DNA of 62,442 bases, counting the filler. It is 6 parts of 6 records of this genome, joined end to end, with 100 filler letters (N's around TTAATTAATTAA, not from the genome) between each part and the next. Parts side by side here need not be neighbours in the genome. Positions count along the whole stretch, not along the records: positions 12,841 to 26,488 come from SRR31156797_5417; positions 26,589 to 33,418 come from SRR31156797_5423; 4 more parts are not named here. One strand, 5' to 3'. A program made the translations under genes and the position numbers. Below the pieces are notes generated by a model. It saw only the letters and a program-made list of their open reading frames with translations, was not told the DNA's origin and did no database searches. Position 1 is the first letter of the stretch. Each line of letters begins with the position of its first letter. Shown one piece after another: positions 20,079 through 28,384 of this stretch.

Positions 20079-20633
20079 ATGCACCGCATGGGCGAAAGGA
20101 TACGAAAACGCAGAGAATCTCTTGGAATCCAGTCGAATGACCTGGCCAACAGCATCGGCGTAACATCCAGCCTGATATCACAAATCGAAAGGGCAAAAGC
20201 CTTCCCCTCAATCCTTACCCTGAAAAAGATTGCGGACGCATTGCAAACCACAGTTGGGGAATTGATTGGCGAACATGCCACCTTCATGGAAAATCCACTC
20301 CTGAGAGCTGATGAACGAAAATTTACCAAAAAGAACAGGCACGGAGCACAGGTTTACCTGCTTTCGCATCACGATCCACAAAAACAGATGGATCCCTTCA
20401 TCATCGAATTTGAAGAAAAAGGAAACTCCAAAGAGATCATGACCCCCAAAAATCCACGCCAGGAATTTTGCTTTGTGCTGAAAGGGCGTTTCATGGTGAA
20501 GCTTGGCAAGCATCAATACACGCTGGAACACGGCGACAGCTTTTATTTTTACTCAAACAAAAATTATCTTTTTACCAATATTAGTGATGAAAATGCACAG
20601 TTGCTTTGGGTGGTAAACCAACTCAACAATTAA
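20079..20633 (+). CDS. XRE-family HTH regulator with cupin sensor (PuuR/SutR-like)
   Basis: HTH LANSIGVTSSLISQIER..PS; cupin EFCFVLKG...LEHGDSFYF. Confidence 0.9.
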   Translation: MHRMGERIRKRRESLGIQSNDLANSIGVTSSLISQIERAKAFPSILTLKKIADALQTTVGELIGEHATFMENPLLRADERKFTKKNRHGAQVYLLSHHDPQKQMDPFIIEFEEKGNSKEIMTPKNPRQEFCFVLKGRFMVKLGKHQYTLEHGDSFYFYSNKNYLFTNISDENAQLLWVVNQLNN

Positions 20634-20736
20634 GTGCATCTTCAATTAAATTTAATGTGGTTTAATTTTTTAACCGCTACTTAAACAACAAAATGAAATT
20701 TAACGAATAACAAAACCTATAAAAACATCTCACCTT

Positions 20737-22278
20737 ATGAATGATTTAATTAAAAAACTGATGAACAGAAATCAGTTTTCAGAAGAAACCAAAACCATCA
20801 TCGAACAAGAGAACCTCCTTCCGGTTGGCCTGCTGAACCGACTGCACAACAACTACACAAAGTATTCAGGCATTATGGACGAATCGGAATTGATGTTTAC
20901 CACCAAGAACCATTATTCCGGTTTAAGGGGATTTCGTGAAATTGTTGCCACACTCAACGAAAACGGCATCGACATTGGCCACATCGAAGAAAGGGAGCTG
21001 TTTATCAAGATTTACCGTTTCCTGGCCACAAAGCACGTTTTGAATACCATCGACTGGAAAAACTTTAAGGATGATATGATTTTCCAGCTGGTATTCCCAC
21101 AACCCGGTATGGTAAAGCCCGAAGCTGTAAAAGCCTACCTGGCCATGGAGTCAGATGAAGAGAAGGAAAAGCTGATCAGCGACTATATCAAAAGCAACAC
21201 CAACCCCCACGATGGCAAACAGTTACTGAACAAACCGTGGTACGAAGATGATAATGATGAACTGGTAATCCTGGACGGCAGCCAGCACAAATACCCACAG
21301 GTTCAACTCCTTTTTGACAAGACTACACAAAGCTGTTTTGCATTTTGTACCTATTGTTTCCGTCATGCACAGGTACGTGGAGACGAAGACATGTTCAACC
21401 AAAAGGAAATCAAACCGGTTTGTGATTACATAAAGCGGCACAAGGAAATTACCGATGTGCTGGTTACCGGTGGTGACGGTGCTTACCTGACCTACGAACG
21501 TATGGTTGAATATACAAGGCCTTTTATCGAAGACCCCGAATTTTTGCATATCAAAACACTCAGGATTGGATCACGGGCTTTGACCTTCCACCCGGAACTT
21601 GTGCTTACAAAAGATTATGAAAAATATTTGGATTGGTTTAAAACCCTCTACGACAACGGAATACAGGTCGCATGGATGGGACACTTTTCAACACCTCGCG
21701 AAGTACTGAACCCTGCGACCATAGCTGCCATCCGAAGGTTAAAATCTTATGGCGTACTCATCAAGAGCCAAAGCCCAATCATGAATCACATCAGCATGTT
21801 TACCCATGACAACGGCAAAGTTGACATCGATCGTTCGGCCCAAAACTGGATCGACCTCGGTAATGTTTTCTCCATGTTATCAGTTGGCTTCCACTCCATG
21901 TACTGCGCACGTCCAACCGGTGAACACCACTATTTTACAGTTCCTTTAGCTGAAATCAGCAAGGTCTACCAAAAAATATACAGGTCCTTACCTTCAATCA
22001 GCAGGCCATCACGCTACATCACCATGACATCCTCAGCAGGAAAAACATCTATCCTTGGAACTCTTAAAGTTAATGGTGAAAAAGTTTTCGCACTAAAATT
22101 CAACGAATCCAGAAACATGGAATGGATGGACAGGGTTTTCCTTGCCAAATTTGATGAAAAGGAAAACACCGTTGAAAGGCTGCTACCTTATGAAGGTGAC
22201 AAACATTTCTTTGAGGATGAGCTTGCCGAAATCGAAAAACGCAAGATGGAGGCGCTGGCCAGGAAAATGGAAGTTTAG
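20737..22278 (+). CDS. KamA-family radical SAM / PLP 2,3-aminomutase, divergent
   Basis: GSQHKYP, CFAFCTYCFR (CxxxCxxC plus Arg), DVLVTGGD, LRIGSR, QSPIM and SSAGK (putative PLP Lys). Confidence 0.85.
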   Translation: MNDLIKKLMNRNQFSEETKTIIEQENLLPVGLLNRLHNNYTKYSGIMDESELMFTTKNHYSGLRGFREIVATLNENGIDIGHIEERELFIKIYRFLATKHVLNTIDWKNFKDDMIFQLVFPQPGMVKPEAVKAYLAMESDEEKEKLISDYIKSNTNPHDGKQLLNKPWYEDDNDELVILDGSQHKYPQVQLLFDKTTQSCFAFCTYCFRHAQVRGDEDMFNQKEIKPVCDYIKRHKEITDVLVTGGDGAYLTYERMVEYTRPFIEDPEFLHIKTLRIGSRALTFHPELVLTKDYEKYLDWFKTLYDNGIQVAWMGHFSTPREVLNPATIAAIRRLKSYGVLIKSQSPIMNHISMFTHDNGKVDIDRSAQNWIDLGNVFSMLSVGFHSMYCARPTGEHHYFTVPLAEISKVYQKIYRSLPSISRPSRYITMTSSAGKTSILGTLKVNGEKVFALKFNESRNMEWMDRVFLAKFDEKENTVERLLPYEGDKHFFEDELAEIEKRKMEALARKMEV

Positions 22279-22430
22279 TAACTTAAAACTCATATTCTGT
22301 CATTTTATCGCAGAATATGAGTTTTAAGTTACTTCTGCAGAATTTATAAAACATTATAATGTAGCGTGTTAGTAACAATAATTTTTAAATTCAAATTTGA
22401 TAAAAAAGAAAGTAATAAACTTTGCATGAT

Positions 22431-22502
22431 AACTTGGATGAGCCAAAACATGATACATGCTATAAAAAGTAATTCCCTATTTGGTTTTGGCTTGTCCAAG
22501 TT
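22431..22502. repeat. imperfect 18-bp inverted repeat (MITE/REP-like)
   Basis: AACTTGGATGAGCCAAAA ... TTTTGGCTTGTCCAAGTT. Confidence 0.65.
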
Positions 22503-22549
22503 GGGTTTGTTGAAAGCTGAAAAATAAAACACATTTAAGTTTAAACACT

Positions 22550-23266
22550 ATGATTAACAAATTTGTAAAATCGCCTGCTGAAGCGGTAGCGGATATCTTT
22601 GACGGAGCACTGATCATGATTGGAGGGTTTGGTGAAGCCGGAAGCCCCATCGAACTCATTCATGCGCTCATAGACCAGGGTGCAAAGGACCTTACCGTAG
22701 TTAGTAACAACACCGGAAGCGGCCTCGTTGGGCTGGCTTCCCTCATCAAACATAAACGGGTGAAAAAGATGATCTGTTCTTTCCCGAGAACGGCCAATTC
22801 AACGGTTTTCCCAGACCTATACACCAAAGGAGAGATTGAGCTGGAACTGGTTCCACAGGGAACCCTGGCTGAACGGATCAGGGCCGGTGGCGCCGGAATT
22901 CCTGCCTTCTACACACCAAGCTCAGTGAACACACCACTTGCCGAAGGCAAAGAACTGCGTGAATTTGACGGTGTTCCTTATGTGATGGAATACGGTATCC
23001 GGGCAGATTTTTCACTTGTAAAATGCCATGCTGCTGATAGATACGGCAACCTGATTTACAACAAAACTGCGCGGAACTTTGGGCCAATCATGTGTACGGC
23101 CGCCGAAACAGCCATTGTTCAGGCGAGAAAACTTGTTGAACTGGGAGAACTCGATCCTGAATGTGTGGTAACACCGGGCATTTTTGTACAAAAAGTGGTT
23201 GAGGTGAGCAACCCTGCCGACGAATCCAAATTAATTGCTGAAGAAAGGAGTTATCCATGGAACTAA
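22550..23266 (+). CDS. pcaI: 3-oxoacid (3-oxoadipate-type) CoA-transferase subunit A
   Basis: MINK...GGFG, CSFPR and VPQGTLAERIRAGGAGI; CSFPR is typical of PcaI. Confidence 0.8.
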   Translation: MINKFVKSPAEAVADIFDGALIMIGGFGEAGSPIELIHALIDQGAKDLTVVSNNTGSGLVGLASLIKHKRVKKMICSFPRTANSTVFPDLYTKGEIELELVPQGTLAERIRAGGAGIPAFYTPSSVNTPLAEGKELREFDGVPYVMEYGIRADFSLVKCHAADRYGNLIYNKTARNFGPIMCTAAETAIVQARKLVELGELDPECVVTPGIFVQKVVEVSNPADESKLIAEERSYPWN

Positions 23267-23913
23267 CAAAAACCAAAATTGGATGGAGCCGCAACGAAAT
23301 GGCTCAGAATGTGGCACTCGACATTCCTGATGGTGCTTACGTAAACCTCGGGATCGGCATGCCAGAGTTGGTAGCTGACTTTGTCCCTGAAGGGCGGGAA
23401 GTGATTTATCACACCGAAAACGGTTTACTCGGCATGGGGCCGGTTCCTGAAGAAGACCAAAAAGATCCGGAACTGATCAATGCAGGCAAAAAGAATATCA
23501 CGGCCATCAAAGGTGCATGTTTCTTTCATCACGCCGACAGCTTTACCATGATCCGCGGTAAGCATATCGATATTTGTGTGCTTGGTGCTTTTCAGGTTTC
23601 AGAAAATGGCGATATCGCCAACTGGTCAACCGGAAAACCCAACGCCATCCCGGCAGTAGGTGGAGCTATGGACCTTGTGGCCGGTGTAAAGAACATCCTG
23701 GTGATCACCAAACACCTGACCAAAGACGGCAAAGCCAAACTCGTCAGGAACTGCACGTTTCCACTGACAGGAAAAGGCGTAACAAAAAGGATCTATACCG
23801 ATCTGGCTATCATCGACGTAACCGACAAAGGTTTTATGGTAAAGAAAATGGCCCCGGGCGTTGATTTCGATTTTTTACAAAAATGTACTGATGCTACCTT
23901 AACCATTCAATAA
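23257..23913 (+). CDS. pcaJ: 3-oxoacid (3-oxoadipate-type) CoA-transferase subunit B
   Basis: YVNLGIGMP, catalytic (S/T)ENG, IPAVGGAMDL; overlaps pcaI. Confidence 0.8.
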   Translation: MELTKTKIGWSRNEMAQNVALDIPDGAYVNLGIGMPELVADFVPEGREVIYHTENGLLGMGPVPEEDQKDPELINAGKKNITAIKGACFFHHADSFTMIRGKHIDICVLGAFQVSENGDIANWSTGKPNAIPAVGGAMDLVAGVKNILVITKHLTKDGKAKLVRNCTFPLTGKGVTKRIYTDLAIIDVTDKGFMVKKMAPGVDFDFLQKCTDATLTIQ

Positions 23914-23926
23914 AAACCAAAAAAAA

Positions 23927-25273
23927 GTGAGCACACCATATAATGTAAACCGCAAATACAGTTCGGCACTGTATAAAAGGGCCAAGGAGGTTATTACCGG
24001 CGGCGTGAGCAGAAATACCGTCTTCCACCGCCCCCACCCTTTTTATGTGGCAAAAGCAAAAGGAAGTTATGTAACCGATATTGATGCCAACACCCGGATA
24101 GATTTTGCCAACAACATGGCTTCGCTTATCCATGGCCATGCCCATCCAGCAATTAATGAGGCTGTGATCAGGCAACTAAATAGAGGAACAGCTTACACAC
24201 TGGGTACCGGGATTGAAGTTGAATTTGCCGAATTGCTCTCTGAGCGGAACAGCAACTTTGAGAAAATCAGGTTCGTAAACTCAGGAACTGAGGCTGTGAT
24301 GTCGATGATCAAAGCCACACGGGCGTATACCGGAAAATCTAAAATCGCCAAAGCAGAAGGCGCATATCACGGTACTTATGATTTTGCAGAAATCAGCCAG
24401 ATTGTAAAACCAGAGAATTGGGGCGATATCGACAAACCCAATTCAGTACCGGTAACCATGGGGACGCCGGAATGTGTTAAATCTGATGTAATTATATTCC
24501 CCTACAACGATACTGAACGTACACTGAAACTCCTTGAGGCGAACAAAAAGGAGCTGGCCTGTGTGCTGCTCGACCTGGTATCACACCGTATCGGATTATT
24601 TCCGATCGAAAATGATTACCTGGTAGCCGTGTATGAATGGACCAGGAAAAATAAGGTACTGTTCGTCCTCGACGAGGTTGTAACCTATCGTGTGGGGTAC
24701 AGCGGAGCCCAGGACCTATACCCTATCAAGCCGGATTTGACAGCGCTTGGCAAGATCATTGGTGGCGGATTTCCGGTGGGTGCCATTGCCGGCACTGCCG
24801 AGGTGATGTCAGTATTTGATCCATCACGGAAAATCATCAAACAACCCCACTCGGGAACGTTCTCTGCCAATCCCATTACCATGACTGCAGGAAAAGTTGC
24901 CATGGAACTCTTCGACAGGCAGGCCGTTGATGACATTAACAACATGGCCGAAATCGCCAGGAACCAACTGAACGAAGTGATCAGGAAAGCTGATGTGCCG
25001 GTTGTGATCACAGGAGCAGGATCGATGTTTCGTTTTCACTTTCGCCACAAGGCTCCCCGGAACCATCGGGAAACCTTCCAAAGTCGCGACGAACTCAAAC
25101 TGATCCGGGAAATCCTCGATTACCTTTTCTATGAAGAAGACCTGATCATGATCAATACTTTTGCCTGCATGTTTGCAACAACAATTACCCAGGTTGAAGT
25201 AGACAGGCTAACAGCAGGTATCTATAATGCGTTTATCAAATACAAAAAAGAAATTGAAAGTTTTGCCAAATAA
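23927..25273 (+). CDS. class III PLP aminotransferase (GSA-aminomutase-like fold, beta-amino acid transaminase type)
   Basis: RFVNSGTEA, GAYHG, DEVVT, LGKIIGGGFPVGA, HSGTFSANP; has GGVSR instead of the HemL GGVNSPVR. Confidence 0.85.
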   Translation: MSTPYNVNRKYSSALYKRAKEVITGGVSRNTVFHRPHPFYVAKAKGSYVTDIDANTRIDFANNMASLIHGHAHPAINEAVIRQLNRGTAYTLGTGIEVEFAELLSERNSNFEKIRFVNSGTEAVMSMIKATRAYTGKSKIAKAEGAYHGTYDFAEISQIVKPENWGDIDKPNSVPVTMGTPECVKSDVIIFPYNDTERTLKLLEANKKELACVLLDLVSHRIGLFPIENDYLVAVYEWTRKNKVLFVLDEVVTYRVGYSGAQDLYPIKPDLTALGKIIGGGFPVGAIAGTAEVMSVFDPSRKIIKQPHSGTFSANPITMTAGKVAMELFDRQAVDDINNMAEIARNQLNEVIRKADVPVVITGAGSMFRFHFRHKAPRNHRETFQSRDELKLIREILDYLFYEEDLIMINTFACMFATTITQVEVDRLTAGIYNAFIKYKKEIESFAK

Positions 25274-25285
25274 AAATTCAGAATT

Positions 25286-26488
25286 ATGACCAACGTTTAT
25301 ATATGCGACGCCATCAGAACTCCCGTTGGAAGATATGGCGGTTCACTGTCATCAGTGAGAACCGATGATCTTGCAGCGATTGTTTTAAAGGAAATCAAAG
25401 AGAGAAACCCCAACATTGATTTTAAAGATATTGATGATGTGTTTATGGGATGTGCCAACCAGGCCGGCGAAGACAACCGGAATGTTGCCCGCATGGCATT
25501 GTTGCTTGCAGGATACTCCGAGACCGTTCCGGGCATGACCGTAAACCGTTTGTGTGGCTCAGGCATGGATGCCATCGGCACGGCTGCCAGGGCCATAAAG
25601 GCTGGCGAAGCCGACCTGATCATTGCCGGTGGTGTGGAAAGCATGTCGCGTTCGCCGTTTGTGATGGGAAAATCCGAAAAGGCGTTTGGCCGCGGCCAGA
25701 AGATGGAAGACACCACCATTGGCTGGCGCTTTGTAAATCCAAAGCTCGACAAAATGTACGGCACCGAGTCCATGATCTGGACTGCTGAAAATATTGCTAC
25801 CGACTTTAACATCAGCCGTGAAGACCAGGACAAATTTGCCATGCACAGCCAGGAAAAAGCCAAAAAGGCGCAGGATGCCGGTTTACTTGCTGAAGAAATC
25901 GTTCCGGTGACGATACCCCAAAGAAAGGGTGATCCGCTGGTAGCAGACAAAGATGAACACCTCCGGTTAACGTCATTGGAAAAGCTTGCTTCACTCAGGC
26001 CCATCACACATACGAAAGGAACCATCACCGCCGGTAATGCCTCCGGAGTAAACGACGGTGCGGCGGCACTGATCATCGCCTCCGAAGAAACGGTGAAAAA
26101 ATATAACCTGAAGCCCATGGCCAAAATTTTAGGCATGGCCACCGCAGGCGTACTCCCACGGATCATGGGAATGGGTCCGGTTACTGCCACCCGCAAAGTT
26201 TTAAAACGCACCGATCTTAGTCTGGATGATATGGAAGTCATCGAGTTGAACGAAGCATTTGCAGCACAATCGTTGGGCTGCATGCGTGAGCTGGGCCTCG
26301 CAGATGATGATGTGCGTGTAAATCAGCTTGGAGGAGCCATCGCCATTGGCCACCCGCTGGGTATGAGCGGCGCCCGGATTGTTACTTCGGCACTTTACCA
26401 GCTCAAACGATCCGATGCCAAAAAAGCACTATGCACCATGTGTATTGGCGTTGGCCAGGGCATTGCTGTGGTGCTGGAGAAGGTTTAG
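25286..26488 (+). CDS. pcaF: 3-oxoadipyl-CoA thiolase (PcaF/PaaJ type)
   Basis: GCANQAGEDNRNVARM, NRLCGSG, DTTIGWRFVN, GHPLGMSG and CIGVGQG. Confidence 0.88.
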   Translation: MTNVYICDAIRTPVGRYGGSLSSVRTDDLAAIVLKEIKERNPNIDFKDIDDVFMGCANQAGEDNRNVARMALLLAGYSETVPGMTVNRLCGSGMDAIGTAARAIKAGEADLIIAGGVESMSRSPFVMGKSEKAFGRGQKMEDTTIGWRFVNPKLDKMYGTESMIWTAENIATDFNISREDQDKFAMHSQEKAKKAQDAGLLAEEIVPVTIPQRKGDPLVADKDEHLRLTSLEKLASLRPITHTKGTITAGNASGVNDGAAALIIASEETVKKYNLKPMAKILGMATAGVLPRIMGMGPVTATRKVLKRTDLSLDDMEVIELNEAFAAQSLGCMRELGLADDDVRVNQLGGAIAIGHPLGMSGARIVTSALYQLKRSDAKKALCTMCIGVGQGIAVVLEKV

Positions 26489-26588
26489 NNNNNNNNNNNN
26501 NNNNNNNNNNNNNNNNNNNNNNNNNNNNNNNNTTAATTAATTAANNNNNNNNNNNNNNNNNNNNNNNNNNNNNNNNNNNNNNNNNNNN
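26489..26588. other. artificial contig spacer
   Basis: N-TTAATTAATTAA-N. Confidence 0.98.
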
Positions 26589-26653
26589 TTGAAGAGTCCA
26601 GAGAAACTTTTCCCAAAAGTATCTTTGGCCCTCGGAGAGCCGCCAGAGGCATC
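26589..26653. repeat. intergenic REP-like repeat at contig end
   Basis: Reverse complement begins GATGCCTCTGGCGGC...CTTTTGGGAAAAG, similar to 33375-33418 GATGCCTTCGGCGAC...CTTTTTGCAAAAAG. Confidence 0.55.
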
Positions 26654-26911
26654 TTAATACTCAACAATATTCAAACGATCTTCGTTACTATCTTTACGGC
26701 GGGTGAAGCGTAGACGGTCGCAGCCAAGATCATCTATTACATCGATATCCCAGTTACCACCTGTCCCGAACCCGCTCATAAGCTCTTCACGGATACCGAG
26801 CCGGACCTGAAACTCGACCACCGGATTGGAGGTGGTATCGAGATGATTCACAATGATGGGCACCAGCCCGCAAGTCACGCCTTTGAGATCTACAAATTTA
26901 CTGTCTTCCAT
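26654..26911 (-). CDS. small protein with TusA/SirA-like N-terminus
   Basis: ATG lies 1 nt after the mnmE stop; FVDLKGVTCG resembles the TusA D.RGLxCP motif. Confidence 0.5.
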   Translation of the reverse strand: MEDSKFVDLKGVTCGLVPIIVNHLDTTSNPVVEFQVRLGIREELMSGFGTGGNWDIDVIDDLGCDRLRFTRRKDSNEDRLNIVEY

Positions 26912-26912
26912 T

Positions 26913-28298
26913 TTATTTTCCAACGCAAAAATTTTCAAAAATTGAGTTCAACACTTCCTGCGGCGTAATCTCCCCGGTAATTTCGGAAAGAGCACTGCAA
27001 GCAGACTCAAGACGCACTCCGAGAAGATCATAGGGCACCTGCATTGCAATATCGCCCATAAGTTCCTCAAGCTCTGTGTAAGCCTTATTCAGGGTAGCAG
27101 CCTGCCGCGAGTTAGGAACCAACTCATCGGGATCTGGTTCACCTGCTCCTTGAAGGATGTGCTCACGAATCAGCGTAGCCAGCCGCTCGATACCCTGACC
27201 CTTTTTAGCTGAAATTTCAACAACCTCATACCCAGCTTCGCGCATAATTGCAGCAGCAGAAGGTTCGGCCTGCTCAAGGTCGGACTTATTGATTACTGCG
27301 AGACATTTAGCCGCGAGGTCAGCAAACTGAGGATCCAAGTCATCAAGCGCAAAAGGCTTGGAACCGTCAATTATCAGCAATACCAGATCAGCTTGGGCGG
27401 CAATATCGCGACCCATGTCAACTCCGGCAAGTTCCACTGCATCACTAGTTTCACGCAATCCGGCGGTATCAACGACCCGAACCTGCAAACCGTCTAGGTT
27501 CAGGGGCTCCTCAATGAAATCACGGGTAGTACCGGGAATATCGGTAACAATGGCTCGGTTACGCCCCAACAACGCATTAAGCAAGCTGGATTTACCAGCA
27601 TTAACCTTACCTGAAAGCACAGCAAGGCCACCCTCGCGCCAAGCCTTAGTGCGCTCTACGCCTGAAAGAATTTCGGAAATATTACTTACAGCATCCCCCA
27701 CCTCGGACTGCATCTTCTCCAAAGGCAGGCATTCCAACTCGTCTTCAGGGAAATCCACGGCTACGCAAAGCTGAGCACGCAATTCTTCCAAACGAAGGCG
27801 CAATCCACTGATACGCTCACCGAGAACCCCGGAGAGCTTTACTTTGGCAAGCTGGGCTGCTCCGCGTGAGGGAGCGTGGATCATCTCAGCAACCGCCTCA
27901 GCCTGAGTCAAGTCCATTCGCCCGTTAAGGAAAGCACGCAAGGTAAATTCACCAGCATTAGCCAGCCGTGCCCCTTTGGAAAGCACTTCGCCGAGAACCG
28001 CACTGAGAATGGCCCTGCCGCCGTGGCAGTTAATCTCAACGGTATCTTCACCGGTATAAGAATTAGGACCGGGCATAAAAACCGCCAAAACATCGTCAAT
28101 CTCAACGGATTCAGCATCAGCAATAGTACCGTAGTGCATGGTATATGGCTTGAAGCCAGAAAAAGATTCCTTGGCCGGACGAAAAAGATCTTTAGCAATG
28201 GATAATGCCTTTTCACCGCTAATGCGTATAATCCCGACCCCGCCATCACCCGGAGGTGTGGCAATTGCGGCAATGGTTCCGGTGGAAGTGATGGACAT
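26913..28298 (-). CDS. mnmE: tRNA modification GTPase MnmE
   Basis: TIAAIATPPG.GGVGIIRISG, GKVNAGKSS, GTTRD, DTAG, NKSD, C-terminal FCVGK. Confidence 0.97.
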   Translation of the reverse strand: MSITSTGTIAAIATPPGDGGVGIIRISGEKALSIAKDLFRPAKESFSGFKPYTMHYGTIADAESVEIDDVLAVFMPGPNSYTGEDTVEINCHGGRAILSAVLGEVLSKGARLANAGEFTLRAFLNGRMDLTQAEAVAEMIHAPSRGAAQLAKVKLSGVLGERISGLRLRLEELRAQLCVAVDFPEDELECLPLEKMQSEVGDAVSNISEILSGVERTKAWREGGLAVLSGKVNAGKSSLLNALLGRNRAIVTDIPGTTRDFIEEPLNLDGLQVRVVDTAGLRETSDAVELAGVDMGRDIAAQADLVLLIIDGSKPFALDDLDPQFADLAAKCLAVINKSDLEQAEPSAAAIMREAGYEVVEISAKKGQGIERLATLIREHILQGAGEPDPDELVPNSRQAATLNKAYTELEELMGDIAMQVPYDLLGVRLESACSALSEITGEITPQEVLNSIFENFCVGK

Positions 28299-28324
28299 CT
28301 CAATATCTCCCTGAAAGAAAGGAT

Positions 28325-28355
28325 AAACCCCGCAGACACAAGTCCACGGGGTTTT
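28325..28355 (-). terminator. hairpin between jag and mnmE
   Basis: AAACCCCG...CGGGGTTT stem with a weak U tract. Confidence 0.5.
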
Positions 28356-28384
28356 CAAAGTCATTATTCACCGCTCGTGAACAA

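Noticed and set aside
20737-22278. EpmB (EF-P beta-lysylation) or canonical lysine-fermentation KamA call
   Set aside because: 513 aa, no efp/epmA or kamDE/kdd/kce neighbours, and the lysine-binding Asp residues appear absent.
23927-25273. hemL (glutamate-1-semialdehyde aminomutase) call
   Set aside because: Lacks the GGVNSPVR signature and sits within a CoA-transferase/thiolase operon.
25297-26283. 328-aa antisense ORF over the thiolase
   Set aside because: Typical antisense shadow of a conserved gene.
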